Source: Nanobdellota archaeon | Lineage (GTDB): Archaea; Nanobdellota; Nanobdellia; SCGC-AAA011-G17; GW2011-AR17 | Assembly (NCBI GenBank): GCA_018896675.1 | Contig: JAHIMK010000069.1 | Coordinates: 1 to 56,821, forward strand | DNA length: 56,821 bases | Reading direction: 5' to 3' | Part shown: positions 53,890-56,821 of the stretch, one piece after another | Position numbering within the stretch: the stretch's first letter is position 1 | How the letters are laid out: every line of letters begins with the position of its first letter | Notes under the pieces: generated by a model | What the model was told of the DNA's origin: nothing | Seen by the model: only the letters and a program-made list of their open reading frames with translations | Databases searched by the model: none | Translations under genes and position numbers: made by a program

Positions 53890-54330
53890 TTGCTCCATAT
53901 GGAAATCTATAGCGAAAAAACAATTCTGGTTCCAGAAAGGATTAATAATATATTTGCTCCTGGCATTAACATGATTATTGGTCCGAATTGCTCTGGTAAA
54001 ACAATATTTTTAAGACAAATTCTTTTAGGCAAGCAGATTCATCAGGTAAGTGCTGATTGTGATCCAAGGTTGTCTAAAGGAGAAAAGTATTTTCTTGATG
54101 TTGAAAAGGCTATATCAGAGTCTGGAAGCAGTTCTTCAATCATTCTTGATGATTTTGGTAGTCGTCTTACAATGGAAAATATTGCTAAACTAATGGAAAA
54201 AGCTAAGGAAAAGAATGTTCAAGTTATAGCTACTGTTAAGGATAAAGATATCTTGAAATTTGCAGACAAGGCTATTTTTCTGGAATGTGGACAGATAAAA
54301 CTTATGCATGAGTTTAATAAGAATCCATAA
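53890..54330 (+). CDS. Minimal P-loop ATPase (ABC/SMC-like Walker A and B only); start may be ATG 53899
   Basis: IIGPNCSGKTIFLRQIL Walker A and SSIILDDFGS Walker B. 146 aa. Confidence 0.55.
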   Translation: MLHMEIYSEKTILVPERINNIFAPGINMIIGPNCSGKTIFLRQILLGKQIHQVSADCDPRLSKGEKYFLDVEKAISESGSSSSIILDDFGSRLTMENIAKLMEKAKEKNVQVIATVKDKDILKFADKAIFLECGQIKLMHEFNKNP

Positions 54331-54351
54331 GCCTTGTTATTAATTGAGAAG

Positions 54352-54391
54352 GAGGCCGCTTTCTTTGTTTTTCTTTATTTTGTTTTTAATT
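54352..54391 (+). repeat. Cassette-boundary repeat R11 (sub-family B, 5' part only)
   Basis: GAGGCCGCTTTCTTTGTTTTTCTTTATTTTGTTTTTAATT matches R8 up to the stop codon of the minus-strand gene. Confidence 0.75.
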
Positions 54392-55001
54392 ACAGCCTAG
54401 CTATCTTTCCAGCATCTGTAAGCTCCAAACCATCTTCTGTCCGTATCAAGTCCATATCTTTTAATTCATCTATGGCACGATACAGCATTGCTCTAGACAA
54501 AGAAACTTTCTCAGCCAATTCGACTATACTATCAAACTTTCCTGTTTCAACCTTTTCTAATACCATCTTCTGACTTTCAGTTAACCGAAAACTCAATCTA
54601 GGCAAATAAATAACACTTTTCTTATCTTCTTCAGGGTTATAAGCAACTTTCTTAACACGTTCATGCCTGGCATAAGCAGCAAACAACAAACCAATGGCTT
54701 TAGTTTTTCTGCCAGAAGTTATGTTTACATAAATAGTATCATCTTTTGGTTGCATATCTATTATCTCAACACACTTTGTAGCTATTTTTACTACATCATA
54801 CATTTCTGTTTTGACAACCTTTATATCAATTACTTTACCTAAAGAATCTTGTAACAACTTAAGGCTTTTACTTTGTTCTTTATCAGGTTCAGGATCTAAT
54901 AAAACAATAAGCCTATCTGCTCCAAGACGAGTGACAGCTAATAATACTGGCTCAGGATGATACAATGTGGCTATAAGTACCTTTTTCCCCTTTTTTTCCA
55001 T
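54390..55001 (-). CDS. Csa3-like CARF-domain plus wHTH transcriptional regulator
   Basis: N-terminal Rossmann-like VLIATLYHPEPVLLAV...RLIVLLD, YVNITSGRKT loop, and C-terminal wHTH SIVELAEKVSLSRAMLYRAIDELKDMDLI. Confidence 0.6.
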   Translation of the reverse strand: MEKKGKKVLIATLYHPEPVLLAVTRLGADRLIVLLDPEPDKEQSKSLKLLQDSLGKVIDIKVVKTEMYDVVKIATKCVEIIDMQPKDDTIYVNITSGRKTKAIGLLFAAYARHERVKKVAYNPEEDKKSVIYLPRLSFRLTESQKMVLEKVETGKFDSIVELAEKVSLSRAMLYRAIDELKDMDLIRTEDGLELTDAGKIARL

Positions 55002-55145
55002 AAGATTATTACTAACTTTTAGATTTAAATCCTTTTCGTTTTAGTTTACAATTAGATTAAATTTAAGATTATCTATTTATTATAATATTTATCTACTATT
55101 GAGTAGAAAGGTTTATATAGTGGTTGCTTTCTAAAAAAGTATAAA

Positions 55146-56615
55146 ATGAAATTCAACCAATTACTGGAGACAGCAAACATAAAGTCTAATGACAAAGATA
55201 TGCTTTCATCCTTTTACACAGAGCTTGCTTCATCTAATCTTCCCACCTATAAAAAACTGTTAGTATATGGTTGTAGTGGTTTTGGAAAGACAAAATTAAT
55301 CAAATCTTTGATAAGCAAAGCAAGAGTGCCAATTATTTATTATGGCTTTGAACCTGAAAAAGGATATACTCCTTGCAAAAATACTTTAGAACTTCTTAAG
55401 AAAGTAAAAGAAAGTAAAGAATGTATAATTTTTATAGACAACATTGAAGTTATAATGGCTAATCAGCAAGATTCTTCTTGTGGAAATATGGATGTGCAAG
55501 ATCAAAAATATTTATTTGAGATTTTCCATTTGGTTGAGACATCATCAAATAAGATTCTTATCTTTTCTACTGTAGCCAAATATGCTTTGCATTCATGCTT
55601 AATTGACAGAATAGATTTTTGTATAAAAATGGCTCCGCCTTTAAATAAAGCAAAACTAAATTTTATAAAAAAGAATCATCTTTGCAAATTATCAAAGAAT
55701 TTTATGGTTGTCTTGTGTGATAAAACTAGGGGTTATTCATATAGGGATATTGACAGTTTGATAAAACTATTAAATCCTATCAAGCAGAGTCTTTCACTTC
55801 AGGACATAAACGATATTGTATTAAAATTTATTCCGTCAGAACTTTCAAAATATACTCTTAGTTATGAAAAGGATTTAACTCTAAAAAATATGTCTTCTAG
55901 TAAAAATATCCAGGAAACTCTTAGAAAATCAGTTTTGCTTATAAAACAGAAAATATTGGTACAAAAATTAGGCATTAACATAAACAATTTTTTGTTTTTT
56001 TACGGCGAGCCGGGCACTGGAAAAACATATGCAGCCAGGGCTTTTGCAGGTGAAACAGGAATGCCTATTGTTACTATAAACTCGTCTAACATTTCTAGCA
56101 GGATGTCTTCGCCTTCAGAATTGCTTGGGCATATTATAGAACTTGGAACACGTTATGAAAACATGATATTTCTTTTTGATGAAGCTGAGAAGATTTTTGG
56201 GAGAAATACTATGGGTGAGGATGCTGAACTGCAGGGTGATTTGCAGAGTTATCTTGACGGTGTTGGTAATAAAGTTAAATCTACAATAATATTTACACTT
56301 AACAATGAGGCGAGGTTTGGTGAAGCTTTGAAAGATAGGTTTGTAATGGTAAAGTTTGAATTGCCTGACTTAAAAGAAAAAGTTAAATTTTTGAAAAGTA
56401 AGTGTGCTTCTGCTAAAGAGCATTTCTCTTTAAGCTTTAATATTGAATCCTTAGCTAAAATAATGGGTAAAGTAAGTTATAGGGTTTTGGGAAGAATATG
56501 GGATCATACACTTTTGAGGAATATCTCTCTTAATAAGAAATCATTGTCTATTGAAGATTTTAAGGAAACTATTAAGTCTTTTAAGATTAAGAAGGTAAAT
56601 ATGCTTACTGGGTAG
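55146..56615 (+). CDS. Tandem AAA+ ATPase (degenerate first module, canonical second module)
   Basis: Module 1 has YGCSGFGKT / IIFIDNIE. Module 2 has YGEPGTGKTYAARAFA / IFLFDEAEKIF. The stop TAG is the first triplet of repeat R12. Confidence 0.7.
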   Translation: MKFNQLLETANIKSNDKDMLSSFYTELASSNLPTYKKLLVYGCSGFGKTKLIKSLISKARVPIIYYGFEPEKGYTPCKNTLELLKKVKESKECIIFIDNIEVIMANQQDSSCGNMDVQDQKYLFEIFHLVETSSNKILIFSTVAKYALHSCLIDRIDFCIKMAPPLNKAKLNFIKKNHLCKLSKNFMVVLCDKTRGYSYRDIDSLIKLLNPIKQSLSLQDINDIVLKFIPSELSKYTLSYEKDLTLKNMSSSKNIQETLRKSVLLIKQKILVQKLGININNFLFFYGEPGTGKTYAARAFAGETGMPIVTINSSNISSRMSSPSELLGHIIELGTRYENMIFLFDEAEKIFGRNTMGEDAELQGDLQSYLDGVGNKVKSTIIFTLNNEARFGEALKDRFVMVKFELPDLKEKVKFLKSKCASAKEHFSLSFNIESLAKIMGKVSYRVLGRIWDHTLLRNISLNKKSLSIEDFKETIKSFKIKKVNMLTG

Positions 56616-56680
56616 AAGCTTTCTTTGTTAGCTTTGTTTTTGTTTTATATCAACAACTAGCTTTGTTCGCTTAGGCAAGT
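56613..56680 (+). repeat. Cassette-boundary repeat R12 (sub-family A)
   Basis: TAGAAGCTTTCTTTGTTAGCTTTGTTTTTGTTTTATATCAACAACTAGCTTTGTTCGCTTAGGCAAGT. Confidence 0.9.
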
Positions 56681-56821
56681 TCTAAGGGCATTCTCCTTCC
56701 TAGCTTTAGAGAGCCATCTTTGTTTATACTTTTTATTTCTATGCTACAACACTCTGGATCGTCCCAGAAATAGCTTTTACAATTAGGGCAAGCTTTTGGC
56801 ATTCTTTCTGTTCTTGTCCTC
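56671..56821 (-). CDS. Second copy of the small zinc-ribbon gene (3' part; runs off the window)
   Basis: 56681-56821 is near-identical to 51568-51708. The stop comes earlier (TAA in the repeat) than in copy 1. Confidence 0.5.
   Translation of the reverse strand, partial: RTRTERMPKACPNCKSYFWDDPECCSIEIKSINKDGSLKLGRRMPLELA

Noticed and set aside
47534-54573. Short ORFs 47534-47716, 47750-48052, 50717-50920, 51026-51214, 52008-52202, 52228-52452, 53056-53244 and 54334-54573.
   Set aside because: They are antisense to better-supported cassette genes or run through boundary repeats and promoter modules. Their compositions are typical of shadow ORFs.
47044-56680. Regularly recurring ~70-nt repeats could be read as a CRISPR array.
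   Set aside because: Spacing is 250-2200 bp and irregular. The intervals contain ORFs with promoters. The repeats are ~70 nt with variable interiors and two sub-families. No cas genes are present. None of this fits a CRISPR array.
1-56821. Searched intergenic regions for tRNA, rRNA, SRP/RNase P RNA and C/D-box sRNAs. Regions included 14343-14517, 18014-18288, 27661-27814, 33649-33822, 42348-42500 and 55002-55145.
   Set aside because: No GC-rich structured segments or cloverleaf-like complementarity were seen by eye. All ATGATGA-type C-box matches fall inside coding regions. A tRNAscan/Infernal run would be needed to be certain.

Overview
Visibly AT-rich archaeal window. TFE, NAC, Sec61-beta, RPA, DRG/YchF GTPases, ScpA and archaeal MinD, plus short leaderless-type TATA promoters, suggest a DPANN-like genome. 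It opens inside a giant LamG-repeat surface protein (11-5830). A roughly 31-kb housekeeping block (11.7-42.4 kb) is flanked by two accessory regions that share one ~70-nt T/G-rich repeat family in opposite orientations. (i) 7.0-11.7 kb holds four toxin-antitoxin/nuclease cassettes stacked behind the 3' end of gene 5818-7026. Each junction re-duplicates that gene end, a dif-like palindromic core and a promoter module. (ii) 42.5-56.8 kb has a frameshifted Xer-type tyrosine recombinase and an IS66-family insertion with 8-bp target duplication. Next comes a radical-SAM/SPASM maturase with a (Cys-Asp)n precursor peptide and a transglutaminase-like peptidase (candidate RiPP locus). An array of about 12 small cassettes follows, delimited by the repeat, with Bro-N/DinD, GNAT, ORF6N-PLD, a Csa3-like CARF regulator, AAA+ ATPases and several gene fragments. 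No tRNA, rRNA or CRISPR array was recognised. All functional calls rest on motifs read by eye, and no database search was run.
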